Below are positions 46,052 to 55,642 of a stretch of DNA of 64,000 nucleotides, one piece after another. The notes below the pieces were generated by a model. It searched no databases. It was not told the DNA's origin and saw only the letters and a program-made list of their open reading frames with translations. Every line of letters begins with the position of its first letter. The first letter of the stretch is position 1. The position numbers were made by a program, and so were the translations under genes. Location: positions 2,592,001 to 2,656,000 of the forward strand of contig CAWAIF010000003.1 in NCBI GenBank assembly GCA_963782055.1, given 5' to 3'. Origin of the DNA: an uncultured delta proteobacterium (GTDB taxonomy: Bacteria > Myxococcota_A > Polyangia > Polyangiales > Polyangiaceae).

Positions 46052-47668
46052 ATGAACGCCTTCGGAAAGCTCTCGGTCGTGATGCTCGTCGTCGCGACCT
46101 CCTCGGGATGTGGCCGCGACGACAACCTCTTCCAGGGGGACGCCGGCGCCGTTTTGGACGCGGCCCCTGACGCGGCGAGCGAGGCCGGATGCCCGACCGG
46201 TCAGACCTCCTGCAGCGGCACGTGCGAGGACACCAAGACCTCGCCCACGGCCTGCGGCGGCTGCGGGCGCGTGTGCGCGCAGGGCGAGACGTGCTGCGGG
46301 ACGGCGTGCTCCTCGGACCCGGGCTGCGGCCTGCTCGTCGATTCCATCGCCGGCGACAAGGGCTACGTCAACGGCGGCGCCTACGTCACCCTCCACGGGC
46401 AGGGCTTCGCCGCGGGACTGCGCGCGTACGTCGGCGACGGCCGGGCGCCCGTGCGGGTGATCGACGCCAGCACGGCGATGGTGGTCACGCCGCCCGCCAC
46501 CATCGGCACCTACGACGTGCACGTGGTGCTCGGGTCGAGCACGGCCACGCTGCCCCAGGCCTTCACCTACCGCACCGAGGGCTTCGAGAAGCAGTGGACC
46601 GAGGTGAGCATGAGCACGCCTCGCGGCAACTTCCCGGCGATGAGCACGCTGCAGGACGGCCGGGTGCTCATCGTGGGCGGCCTCAGCACGGCCGCGACGT
46701 CCTCGGCCCTGGCCTCCGCCGAGCTCTACGACCCAAAGACGCACGGCTTCGCGCCCACCGCCAACGACATGACCGTGCCGCGCTTCACGACCGCGGCGGT
46801 CACCTTGCTCGATGGCCGCGTGCTGATCGTCGGCACGTGCAACACCTCGACGGGCAACGGCTGCCAGACGCCCGGTGATCGCGCCGTCGCCGACCTGTTC
46901 GACCCCACGACGAACACCTTCACGCAGGCCAAGGGCACGATGGTCGACACGACGCGCGTGTACGTCCGGCCCATCCTTCTGCCCGACGGGCGGGTCATGA
47001 TCACCTCGCGCGGGGAGGCGACGGCGGAGATCTTCGACCCGGCGACCGAGCTGTTCTCCACGCTGCCCATCACCTCCGTCAACACCGAGTTCGGCTATCC
47101 CGTCCGCCTTCGCGATGGCCGCGTGCTGTTCCTGTCGACGGCCACGAGCGAGGTCTACGATCCCGACACCGGCAAGCTCGCCTCGGTGAACGCGCCGCTC
47201 GCGCACGGGGCGTGGGCCGCGCTCACCCTGCCCGACGGCCGCGTCATGTCCCCCGGCGGCGACGACATCGTCAACAACAGCCGGACGCCGAGCGACACGA
47301 TCACGATCGTCGATCCCACCAAGCCGCAGGTGACCACCCTGGCCCAGAAGCTGAGCTCCCCGCGCCTCGTCTTCGCTTCGGCGCTGCTCGGCGACGGGAC
47401 GGTGATGGTCGCCGGCGGCATCGACGCCTCGTACCCCGTCAGCTACTCGTGCCTGGGCAACACCTTCCCCACGACCGACGCGGTCGATACCGTCGACGGC
47501 GCGGGCGGCGTGGTCACGCCGTTCCCCGCGCTGAACAACAAGAACATGGACATCGTCGCCGCGACGCTCCTGGACGGCTCGATCATCGCCGGAGGGGGCG
47601 CGCCGTGTGGCGGCGCGGGCGCGTACCCCTACGTCTATTTCCTCAAGAGCATCCCGCCGCCCAACTGA
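46052..47668 (+). CDS. Lipoprotein with Cys-rich repeat, IPT/TIG domain and Kelch-like propeller
   Basis: SSGC lipobox; CPTGQTSCSGTC..CGGCGRVC; GGAYVTLHGQGF; repeated LxDGRVL..ELYDP. Confidence 0.85.
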   Translation: MNAFGKLSVVMLVVATSSGCGRDDNLFQGDAGAVLDAAPDAASEAGCPTGQTSCSGTCEDTKTSPTACGGCGRVCAQGETCCGTACSSDPGCGLLVDSIAGDKGYVNGGAYVTLHGQGFAAGLRAYVGDGRAPVRVIDASTAMVVTPPATIGTYDVHVVLGSSTATLPQAFTYRTEGFEKQWTEVSMSTPRGNFPAMSTLQDGRVLIVGGLSTAATSSALASAELYDPKTHGFAPTANDMTVPRFTTAAVTLLDGRVLIVGTCNTSTGNGCQTPGDRAVADLFDPTTNTFTQAKGTMVDTTRVYVRPILLPDGRVMITSRGEATAEIFDPATELFSTLPITSVNTEFGYPVRLRDGRVLFLSTATSEVYDPDTGKLASVNAPLAHGAWAALTLPDGRVMSPGGDDIVNNSRTPSDTITIVDPTKPQVTTLAQKLSSPRLVFASALLGDGTVMVAGGIDASYPVSYSCLGNTFPTTDAVDTVDGAGGVVTPFPALNNKNMDIVAATLLDGSIIAGGGAPCGGAGAYPYVYFLKSIPPPN

Positions 47669-47736
47669 CCCCACGCCGGGGGCCTTTCAGGGCGCCGGTC
47701 GGGCTCCTGGCGAGGGCAGGGCGTCTGGCGAGGGCG

Positions 47737-47768
47737 TGATCAAGGCGCAGCGCTGCGGACATTGTTGC
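47737..47768 (+). promoter_or_regulatory. Putative ECF sigma promoter, copy 2 (autoregulatory)
   Basis: TGATCA-14 nt-GGACATTGTTGC directly before the ECF sigma gene. Confidence 0.65.
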
Positions 47769-47773
47769 TAGAT

Positions 47774-48358
47774 GTGCTGCAGGCCGCCTTCTCACGCTCC
47801 CCCGCCAGTCTGCTCCAGCTCGCGCGTCCCATGCCCGCCAGCGCCCGCCTCGCCGAAATGTTCCGGCAGCACGTCGACTTCGTGGCGCGGTCTCTCCGCC
47901 GTCTGGGCGTCGCGGAGCCCGATCTCGAGGACGCGACGCAGGAGGTCTTCGTCGTGGCGAGTCGCAAGCTATCCACCATCGAGCTCGGCGCCGAGAAGGC
48001 GTTCCTCTTCGGCACGGCGATGCGCCTCGCCTCCAACGCTCGCCGGTCGCGCCGCCGCAGCAGGGAGTCGCTGGGCGTCGACACCGCGGACGAGGCGGAC
48101 GTCGCGCCCGCGGCCGAGGAGCTGCTCGACCGGCGCAGGGCGCGCGAGACGCTCGACGGGCTGCTCTCCGCCCTCGACGACGACGCCCGGGCCGTCTTCG
48201 CGCTGCACGAGATTGAGGGGCTGACCGCCGCGGAGATCGCGACCATCGTCGGCATCCCTCCGGGCACGGTCGCGTCTCGCCTGCGCCGTGCCCGTGTGCA
48301 GTTCGACGAGGGCCTCGCGGCCCTGCAGGCGCGCCTGGCAGGGAGGGTTGGGCCATGA
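47774..48358 (+). CDS. ECF RNA polymerase sigma factor
   Basis: DLEDATQEVF (region 2), AFLFG, VFALHEIEGL..EIA..GTVASRLRRAR (region 4); start uncertain. Confidence 0.92.
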   Translation: MLQAAFSRSPASLLQLARPMPASARLAEMFRQHVDFVARSLRRLGVAEPDLEDATQEVFVVASRKLSTIELGAEKAFLFGTAMRLASNARRSRRRSRESLGVDTADEADVAPAAEELLDRRRARETLDGLLSALDDDARAVFALHEIEGLTAAEIATIVGIPPGTVASRLRRARVQFDEGLAALQARLAGRVGP

Positions 48359-49065
48359 CCGCGCCGGTCCCCGACAAGGAAGCGCTCCGCCGCGCGCTCA
48401 TGGAGTCCGCGTCCACCGACGGCCTGGATGGCGCAGCGCGCGACCGCGTCGCCCGCTCGCTCGGGTTGACGGTGGGGACATGGGGGACCGCCGGCGCCGC
48501 GGCGCGGGCGGCCGCCCGCGGCCGGGGCTGGTGGAAGGTGCTGCTCGGCACCCTGGGCACCGGGCTGGCGGTGACGGTGTTTTTGCTCGCCTCGCACCGC
48601 GGAGCGCCGGCTGTCGCGCCGCCGGCCCGCCCGGCGCACCCCGCCGCGCCGCCGTCGGCGTCCGCCGCCACCGCCACGACGCCGGACATCCCGACGCTCG
48701 CGGTCACCGACCTGCCTGTCGTGCCGCGGCCGCCCGTCGTCTCGTCGCGGGCGGTCAAGCGGGGGGATGGCGACTCGGTGGCCGAGCAGCTGGCCGCGCT
48801 CGACGCCATCCGGCGCGAGCTCGCCGGGGTGCAGCCGGCCGCCGCGCTGCGCGATCTGGACAGCTTCGACGCGAAGTACGCCGCGAGCCCGTTCGCCGAC
48901 GAGGCGGCCGTCCTGCGCATCGAGGCGCTCGAAGCGTCGGGCGATCGGAGCGCCGCACGGCAGCGCGGTCGAGCGTTCCTCGCCGCGTCTCCGGGGAGCC
49001 CGTACGCCAAGCGGGTGCGCTCGCTGGTCGGTGAGGACACCGCCACGAGTCCGGACGCAGGCTGA
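48355..49065 (+). CDS. Putative anti-sigma membrane protein with C-terminal TPR-like helices
   Basis: ATGA overlap with the sigma gene, one TM, Pro linker, EQLAALD..EAAVLRIEAL..FLAASPGSPYA. Confidence 0.7.
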   Translation: MTAPVPDKEALRRALMESASTDGLDGAARDRVARSLGLTVGTWGTAGAAARAAARGRGWWKVLLGTLGTGLAVTVFLLASHRGAPAVAPPARPAHPAAPPSASAATATTPDIPTLAVTDLPVVPRPPVVSSRAVKRGDGDSVAEQLAALDAIRRELAGVQPAAALRDLDSFDAKYAASPFADEAAVLRIEALEASGDRSAARQRGRAFLAASPGSPYAKRVRSLVGEDTATSPDAG

Positions 49066-49071
49066 CGAGGG

Positions 49072-49440
49072 TCAGGGCTTGGCGGCGCGGCGGACGCGGC
49101 GAGGCGGCTCGCCCACGAGGGCGGCGGCCGCCGGCGGCGGCGAGAGCGCGTCCTCGTCACGGCCGGTGTTGTGGGAGAGCCACTCGCGCTTCGCCGTGGT
49201 GTAGGCGGTGCGCGTGGCGGAGGCGATCTCCGGCGCGCTGAGCGGCGCCTCACCGCGGCGGGTGCGCGCGAGGTCGAAGTGCGCGACGACCAGCGCGCGC
49301 GCCTCGGGTACGGTGCCGGGCCAGCCGCCGGAGACGGTGCGCCCCTCGCGCCGCATGTCGTCGCACCAGCCCTGTGCCCAGCGCGCGCCCACGGCGCGGG
49401 CGCCCTGATCCAGCCAGGCCTCGCGGTCGAGGATGCTCAC
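49072..49440 (-). CDS. Hypothetical protein
   Basis: 122 aa with Trp-rich GGWPGTVPEARA motif; GTGA overlap with the helicase stop. Confidence 0.6.
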   Translation of the reverse strand: MSILDREAWLDQGARAVGARWAQGWCDDMRREGRTVSGGWPGTVPEARALVVAHFDLARTRRGEAPLSAPEIASATRTAYTTAKREWLSHNTGRDEDALSPPPAAAALVGEPPRRVRRAAKP

Positions 49441-50831
49441 GGCCGCCCTGGCCCGAAGTGCCGGTTCCCGCGATAGCGGCGAGGTCTCTGGCGGCGGGAG
49501 GCTTCGGTCGCCGGGGCCGGCGAGGGCGCGCCAGCCGGGCCGGTGTCGGCCATCGTGCTGGCGGGGGAGACGGCGAGCCGGCAGCGGATCAGCCGCTCGA
49601 TGTCGGAGAGCAGGCGGCGCTCCTCCGGATCGCAGAAGGAGATGGCGCGCCCCGTCGCGCCCGCGCGGCCGGTGCGGCCGATGCGATGCACGTAGCTCTC
49701 CGGCTCGTGAGGGAGCTCGAAGTTGATGACGTGCGAGATGCCCTCGACGTCGATGCCGCGAGAGGCGACGTCGGTCGCCACGAGCACGCGTGTGGTGCCC
49801 TTGCGGAAGGCCTCGAGCGCACGCTCGCGCGCGCCCTGCGACTTGTTGCCGTGGATGGCGGCCGAGCCGATGCCGGCGCGCTCGAGCTGATCGGAGAGGC
49901 GGTTGGCGCCGTGCTTGGTGCGCGTGAAGACGATGGCGCGCACCACGTCTTCTTCCTGGAGCATCTGCTCGAGCAGGGCGCGCTTGCCTGCGCGCGGCAC
50001 GAAGACCACCGACTGCTCGACCGTCGTCGCGGTGGTGACCGCGGGGGTGACCGAGACGCGCGCGGGATCACGGAGCATCCCGCGGGCGAGCTGCTCGATG
50101 GCCGGCGGGATCGTCGCCGAGAAGAGGAGGGTCTGCCGCGCGGCGGGGATGGCCGAGGCGACGCGCCGGACGTCGTGGACGAAGCCCATGTCGAGCATGC
50201 GGTCTGCCTCGTCCAGGACGAAGTGGGTCACGGCGTCGAGGCGCACGAACCCCTGCTGCATGAGATCGAGCAGGCGGCCGGGCGTCGCGATGAGCAGGTC
50301 CGGAGAGCGCCGCAGGGCGATCTCCTGCCGGTGCTGGCTGACTCCGCCGTAGATGACGGCGTGGCCCAGCGGCAGGAAGCGGCCGTACGCCGAGACGCGC
50401 TCGGCGATCTGCGCGGCGAGCTCGCGGGTGGGGGTGAGCACCAGCGTGCGGATGCGCCCGCTGCGCGGCGTGGCCGCGAGGCGCTGCAGGATGGGCATGA
50501 CGAAGGCGGCGGTCTTGCCGGTGCCGGTCTGGGCGCAGGCGAGCACGTCGCGGCCGGCGAGGGCGTGCGGGACGACCTGCGCCTGCACCGGCGTCGGCTC
50601 GGCGTAGCCCTCGGCCACGACGGCGCGGACGATGGCGGGGTGCAGCCCCAGCGCTGTGAAGGGGGACGCCGCGATGGCGGCGAGCTCGCTCTCGCTCGGC
50701 GGCGGGATGGCGGCGGCGGGCGCGGGCGCCTCGAGCGCGTGCTCGGGGCTCGCGGCGTGCCGCGGCCTACTCGCCGGCGCGTTCGGCCGGGCGAAGGGGC
50801 GGCGCGGGCGCCGCGGATACGGATGACTCAT
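49437..50831 (-). CDS. rhlE: DEAD-box RNA helicase (RhlE-like)
   Basis: PTPVQ, AQTGTGKT, PTRELA, DEADRMLDMGF, SAT, HRIGRTGRAG. Confidence 0.93.
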   Translation of the reverse strand: MSHPYPRRPRRPFARPNAPASRPRHAASPEHALEAPAPAAAIPPPSESELAAIAASPFTALGLHPAIVRAVVAEGYAEPTPVQAQVVPHALAGRDVLACAQTGTGKTAAFVMPILQRLAATPRSGRIRTLVLTPTRELAAQIAERVSAYGRFLPLGHAVIYGGVSQHRQEIALRRSPDLLIATPGRLLDLMQQGFVRLDAVTHFVLDEADRMLDMGFVHDVRRVASAIPAARQTLLFSATIPPAIEQLARGMLRDPARVSVTPAVTTATTVEQSVVFVPRAGKRALLEQMLQEEDVVRAIVFTRTKHGANRLSDQLERAGIGSAAIHGNKSQGARERALEAFRKGTTRVLVATDVASRGIDVEGISHVINFELPHEPESYVHRIGRTGRAGATGRAISFCDPEERRLLSDIERLIRCRLAVSPASTMADTGPAGAPSPAPATEASRRQRPRRYRGNRHFGPGRP

Positions 50832-50983
50832 GATTGATGGACTTCTTCTCTCCGGGGCACGGTGCGCCGCGCTTCGGGCGCACCACACGTACCCCGTCAC
50901 GCTTCGCCGGCGGCGTGGAGCCGCGCTCATGCAACCGAGCAAGAGCAGCGAGCGAGCTCGCCAGGAAGATGCGTGACCGCGGG

Positions 50984-51012
50984 CATATAGCGCATCGCGG
51001 CATCGCGCGCAA
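50984..51012 (-). promoter_or_regulatory. Putative sigma70 promoter of the helicase
   Basis: Minus-strand TTGCGC-17 nt-TATATG, about 150 nt upstream of the ATG. Confidence 0.5.
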
Positions 51013-51024
51013 GGAAGGGCGGCG

Positions 51025-51810
51025 CTACTTGATGATGGCCATGGTCTGCTGGTTGACCGCGCAGAGCTCTCCGCGCGGGGTGTAGAGCTCGCGCAGCTCG
51101 ACGAAGTAGCCCTGCTGGGAGCTCAGGAGGCGCGCGCGGTGGTAGAGCGGCTCGCCGAGCGACCAGGCGCGGTCGAACAGGTGCGCGGCGAAGGCGATGG
51201 TGCCGAAGGGACGCGGCGCGGTCACCAGCGGCAGCACGCTGGGGAACCAGCCGTCGATCAGCCCGATGAGGGCGATGGGACGCGGGACGTCGCCCGGCGC
51301 GCGCAGGCGCACCCAGCCCTCGACCGACGCCTCCGGCTCGCCGGCGAAGGGGACGCCGCGGATGACGCGGTACTCCAGGTGCTGCGTGAACACGGGGCCC
51401 ATCGGCAGCGCCGGCGCGGGGGGCACCTCGGCGAAGGGTGGCGGCGACGGAGGCGGTGCTCCCTCGCGGTCCAGGTCGACGGCGCGCGTCTTCCCGAAGG
51501 TGAGCACCGCGTGCGCGACGACCGCGCCGCCTTGCTCGACGCGCGCGGCGACCGTGGTGACGCCGCTGCCCGCGCGGAGCGTCTCGACGTGGACGGTCGC
51601 GTGGCCGACCATCACGGCGCCGGGGAGCTCGGCCGTGATGGTGCGCAGCGGTCGCTCGGCGGCGTCGAGGGTGGCGCCCGCCGCGCGCGCGAGCATCGCG
51701 AGGGTGAGGCCGCCGAAGGCCCCGCGCCCTTGCTGCCAGCCGTCGGGGACGTCCCACACGAGCGCGCTGCCGGGCCCCGGCCTGGTGCGGGTGACCTCGT
51801 CGAACGTCAT
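51025..51810 (-). CDS. Acyl-CoA thioesterase-like double-hotdog protein
   Basis: VPDGWQQGRGAFGG, FTQHLEYR, GWVRLR, LIDGWFP. Confidence 0.82.
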   Translation of the reverse strand: MTFDEVTRTRPGPGSALVWDVPDGWQQGRGAFGGLTLAMLARAAGATLDAAERPLRTITAELPGAVMVGHATVHVETLRAGSGVTTVAARVEQGGAVVAHAVLTFGKTRAVDLDREGAPPPSPPPFAEVPPAPALPMGPVFTQHLEYRVIRGVPFAGEPEASVEGWVRLRAPGDVPRPIALIGLIDGWFPSVLPLVTAPRPFGTIAFAAHLFDRAWSLGEPLYHRARLLSSQQGYFVELRELYTPRGELCAVNQQTMAIIK

Positions 51811-51931
51811 CGATCGAGAGCGATAGAGCCCCGGACGCGCGAAGTCCACTCCGCCGGGTCGCTCAGCCCCGTCCCTGCAACAGCGCTGGACGCCAGCGCC
51901 CGGACGAACCAACCTCCGGCATGGAGGGTTC

Positions 51932-53134
51932 ATGATTCGCCTTGCTTCCCTGGTGCTGGTCGCCGGCACCCTCGCAGCCGTACCGATCGTCGCCGGATGC
52001 AGCGGCGACGACACCGCCGCCACCCCCGACGCCGGACCCGACGCCGGCCGACGCGACGCGACGCCGGAGGCCGCCGCCGACGCCGCGGGGGACGCCGCCG
52101 ACGCCGGTCCGAACCCCTGCTTCCTGCCCGCCGTCGACTACTCCACTGGCAAGAACTCGGCGGCGGTCGCGGTCGCCGACCTGGATGGCGACAAGAAGCT
52201 CGACCTCATCGTCGCGAACGAGGGCGCCGACGATGTGAGCGTCCTGCTGGGCAACGGCGACGGCACCTTCCAGACCGCCAAGGCGTACGCGACCGGCTCC
52301 GGGCCCGCGGGGGTCATCCTCGCGGAGTTCGATGTCGGCGGCGCGATGGACGTCGCCACCGCCGACGGAGACGGCGGCGTGAGCGTCCTTCTGGGCAACG
52401 GCGACGGCACGTTGCAGGGCGCCCAGAGCTTCGGCGCGGGCTCCATGCCCGCCGCCCTGGTGAGCGGCCACTTCGACGGCGACGCGACGCTGGATCTCGC
52501 GGTGGCGAACGGCGCGGGCAGCGACGTGAGCGTGCTCACCGGGAAGGGCGACGGCACGTTCCAGCCCCCTGTGAGCTCGGCCGCCGGCACCAAGCCGCTC
52601 GCCATCGCCACCGCCGACTTCGACGGCGACAAGAAGGCGGACATCGCCGTGGCGAACACCGACGCGATGGTGAGCGTCCTGCTGGGCAACGGGGACGGGA
52701 CCTTCAAGGCCCCCGCCGGGGTCCAGGCGGGCCTCGGGCCGCTCACGCTCGTGGCGGCCGACCTGAACGCCGACGGCCACGCCGATCTCGCCGTGGGAAA
52801 CGGTGGCAGCCAGAACGTGAGCATCCTGCTGGGCAATGGCGACGGCACCTTCCAGCCGGCGGTCAACTACGTCACGGGGACGATGCCGCAGGGGATCATC
52901 GCCGAGGACCTGGACGGCGACGGCAAGGTGGACCTCGTGGTGGCCGGGGGACTGGACACCGTCGGCGTCTTGCTCGGCCACGGCGACGGCACGTTCGGCG
53001 ACGTGGCCTTCGCGCACGCCGGGAGCTTGCCTTCCGAACTGGCCGCCGGGGACTTCGACGGCGACGGCAAGCCGGACCTGGCGATCGCGAGCTACGGCAA
53101 CGGCCGGGTGTCTGTGCTGCTGCAGTGCCCGTGA
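51932..53134 (+). CDS. FG-GAP/VCBS repeat lipoprotein
   Basis: VAGC lipobox; about seven repeats of ADxDGDxxxDLxV..VSVLLGNGDGTF. Confidence 0.9.
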   Translation: MIRLASLVLVAGTLAAVPIVAGCSGDDTAATPDAGPDAGRRDATPEAAADAAGDAADAGPNPCFLPAVDYSTGKNSAAVAVADLDGDKKLDLIVANEGADDVSVLLGNGDGTFQTAKAYATGSGPAGVILAEFDVGGAMDVATADGDGGVSVLLGNGDGTLQGAQSFGAGSMPAALVSGHFDGDATLDLAVANGAGSDVSVLTGKGDGTFQPPVSSAAGTKPLAIATADFDGDKKADIAVANTDAMVSVLLGNGDGTFKAPAGVQAGLGPLTLVAADLNADGHADLAVGNGGSQNVSILLGNGDGTFQPAVNYVTGTMPQGIIAEDLDGDGKVDLVVAGGLDTVGVLLGHGDGTFGDVAFAHAGSLPSELAAGDFDGDGKPDLAIASYGNGRVSVLLQCP

Positions 53135-53800
53135 TCAGGCGGCGCCCGGGTCGCCGGGCGCGAGGCTCGTCGCGCCACGCGCCGCGCCCGCGTCGAAGCG
53201 CACGAAGGCGTCCCCGAGCCGCCGTGCCTCCGCCGCGTCGTGCGTCACGAAGAGCACGACCGCGCTGCGCCTCGCCGCCTCCCGCTTGATCGCGTCGCCC
53301 AGGCGCACGCGCTCGTCCTCGTGAAGCGCGGACAGCGGCTCGTCCAGCAGGAGCACGTCCGGGCGGTGCACCACCGCGCGGGCGATCGCCAGCCGCTGTC
53401 GCTCGCCGCCGGAGAGGCGCGCCGGCCGCCGCCCCGCGAGGTGGGTGAGGCCCAGCTCCCCCAGGACCTCGTGCACGCGCTCGGGCCCGGCGAAGGGCGT
53501 CAGGTGGTCGCGCACCGTGCGATGCGGCCAGAGCGCGGCGTCCTGCGGCGCGTAGCCGAAGCGCCGCGCCTCCGGGCGCACGAAGGTCTGCTGGCCGTCG
53601 TCGAGGAGCGCGCCGCCGAAGCGCACGATGCCCTCGTCCGGGCGCACCAGACCCAGCACGACGCGCAGCAGCAGGGTCTTGCCGCTGGCCGACGGGCCGA
53701 ACAGGACGGTGGTGCCCGGGCCAGCGTCGAAGCGGGCGTCCAGCCGCAGCGCGCCCGCCTGCGCGCGCGCGTCCACGTGGAGCAGGGGGGGAGCGCTCAA
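53135..53800 (-). CDS. modC: Molybdate ABC transporter ATPase (short, no TOBE domain)
   Basis: GPSASGKT, LSGGERQR, LLLDEP, VTHD; follows modB. Confidence 0.85.
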   Translation of the reverse strand: MSAPPLLHVDARAQAGALRLDARFDAGPGTTVLFGPSASGKTLLLRVVLGLVRPDEGIVRFGGALLDDGQQTFVRPEARRFGYAPQDAALWPHRTVRDHLTPFAGPERVHEVLGELGLTHLAGRRPARLSGGERQRLAIARAVVHRPDVLLLDEPLSALHEDERVRLGDAIKREAARRSAVVLFVTHDAAEARRLGDAFVRFDAGAARGATSLAPGDPGAA

Positions 53801-54456
53801 TGCGCGCCCCCCGAGCGGCGGCTCCAGGCGCGGAGCAGCAGCGCGGCGATCGCCGAGAAGCCGCACAGCGCCAGGGCGATGTGGGTGGCGCGCTCGTCGT
53901 CGCCGAGCTGCATGGCGAAGTAGACCTCCAGCGGCGCCGTGCCGGTCACGCCGGGCACGTAGCCGGCGAAGGTGAGGGTGGCCCCGAACTCGCCGAGGGC
54001 GCGCAGCGCGGCGAGCGTCACCGCGACGCCCAGGCCGGGCAGCGCGAGCGGCAGCGTCACCAGGCCGAAGGTGCGCGCCCGCGACAGGCCGTTGGCGCGC
54101 GCCACGTCCTCCAGCGAGCCGTCGACGCGGGAGAACGCGGCCTCCGCGCCCTTGGCCATGAGCGGCAGCGCCACCGCCGCGGCGGCCACGGCGGCGCCGG
54201 TGGTGGTGAAGACGAGGCGGAGCCCGGCGATGCGATCGAGCAGCAATCCGACGGGCCCGTTGCGACCGAGCGAGAGGAGGAGCACGTACCCGGTGACCGA
54301 CGGCGGCAAGACCAGCGGCACCAGCACCAGCACGTCGACGACCGCGCGGACCGGGCCCTTGCCGCGCGCCAGGTACAGCCCGAGCAGTCCGCCGGCGGGC
54401 ACCACCATGAGCAGCGCGAGGGCGACGACGCGCGCGGAGACGAGGAGAGAGTTCAC
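53797..54456 (-). CDS. modB: Molybdate ABC transporter permease
   Basis: PLVLPPSVTGY, GRNGPVG, RALGEFGAT. Confidence 0.9.
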   Translation of the reverse strand: MNSLLVSARVVALALLMVVPAGGLLGLYLARGKGPVRAVVDVLVLVPLVLPPSVTGYVLLLSLGRNGPVGLLLDRIAGLRLVFTTTGAAVAAAAVALPLMAKGAEAAFSRVDGSLEDVARANGLSRARTFGLVTLPLALPGLGVAVTLAALRALGEFGATLTFAGYVPGVTGTAPLEVYFAMQLGDDERATHIALALCGFSAIAALLLRAWSRRSGGAH

Positions 54457-55187
54457 GGCGCGAGGAATCCGTGGTCGAGCATCGCCTCGCGCCCCTCCGC
54501 GCCGCAAAGGTACGCGGCGAGCTCCTTCGCGTCGCGCGCCGCGCCGCGCGCGACGTAGAGCGGGTAGGCGATGTGCGGCATCGCGGCCACTGGCGGCGGG
54601 CCGACCAGGACGACGCCCGGGCGCGTCTTCACGTCGGTGGCGTAGACGACGCCGACGTCCGCCTCTCCGCGCGCCACCAGGTCGAGGACCTGCCGCACGT
54701 TGGCGCCGCGCACCAGCTTCGGCCTCAGGGCGTCGAGCTCGCCCAGCCTGCGGAGCGCCTCCTCGGCGTAGACGCCGGCCGGCACCTGCGGCGTCAGCCC
54801 GATCGCCACGCGCGTGACCGCCGTATCCGTCGCCAGGTGCTCCCACGTCACTCCGGCGAGCGCATCGTCGGGCCGGCGGATCAGCACGACCGTGTTGGTC
54901 ACCATCGTGCACTCGGTGTCGGCCTTGCCGTCCAGCGCGTCCTCGGTGCCCGCGCTCGCCAGCAGGTCCACCGGCGCCCCGCGCGCCATGCGCGTCGCGA
55001 GCTCTCCGCTGGCGCCGTACGTGGTGACGACGTGGACCTCCGGGTGCTCCTTGGCGTAGCGCGTCGCCGCCTCGTCCACCGACTCCTTCAGGCTGATCGC
55101 CGCCGCCAGGTCCACCTCGCGCGGGGCCGGCCGGCCCTTGCACCCGCACGCCAGCGCGGCGAGCGCGAGCGCGACGTGCGCCCTCAT
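54453..55187 (-). CDS. modA: Molybdate-binding lipoprotein
   Basis: AAAISL, GASGELA, VPAGVYA, NVRQVL, VYATD. Confidence 0.9.
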   Translation of the reverse strand: MRAHVALALAALACGCKGRPAPREVDLAAAISLKESVDEAATRYAKEHPEVHVVTTYGASGELATRMARGAPVDLLASAGTEDALDGKADTECTMVTNTVVLIRRPDDALAGVTWEHLATDTAVTRVAIGLTPQVPAGVYAEEALRRLGELDALRPKLVRGANVRQVLDLVARGEADVGVVYATDVKTRPGVVLVGPPPVAAMPHIAYPLYVARGAARDAKELAAYLCGAEGREAMLDHGFLAP

Positions 55188-55630
55188 GGCGTGTCTTCCG
55201 GGTGATCGCCGCAGCGCGCGTCCTGCCAGCCGACCCAGTACGCGCCGTCGGGCCCGTGCTCGCGCTTCCAGATGGGGACGCGATGCTTGATGCCGTCAAT
55301 CAGCGCGCGGCACGCGGCGAAGGCCTCCGCACGGTGCGGGGCGCTCGCCGCGCACACCACCGCGACGTCGCCCACCGCGAGCGATCCCACGCGGTGCAGC
55401 GCGGCGACGCGCACGCCGGGCATGGCCGCCTCGATCTCCTCCGCGACGCGCCGCATCTCGGCCAGCGCCATGCTGCCGTAAGCCTGGTACTCGAGGCGCG
55501 CCACCGGGCGCCCGTCGTTGTGGTCACGGACCACGCCGAGGAAGACGTCCACGCCGCCCGCCTCGGGTCGCGCGACCGCCGCCGTCGCCCCGGCGACGTC
55601 CAGCGGGCCCTCGCGCAGGTCGATCAGCAT
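55184..55630 (-). CDS. moaE: Molybdopterin synthase catalytic subunit
   Basis: FLGVVRDHN, LEYQAY, HRVG, SAPHRAEAF, PIWKRE. Confidence 0.93.
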   Translation of the reverse strand: MLIDLREGPLDVAGATAAVARPEAGGVDVFLGVVRDHNDGRPVARLEYQAYGSMALAEMRRVAEEIEAAMPGVRVAALHRVGSLAVGDVAVVCAASAPHRAEAFAACRALIDGIKHRVPIWKREHGPDGAYWVGWQDARCGDHPEDTP

Positions 55631-55642
55631 GGGCGGGTTCTA

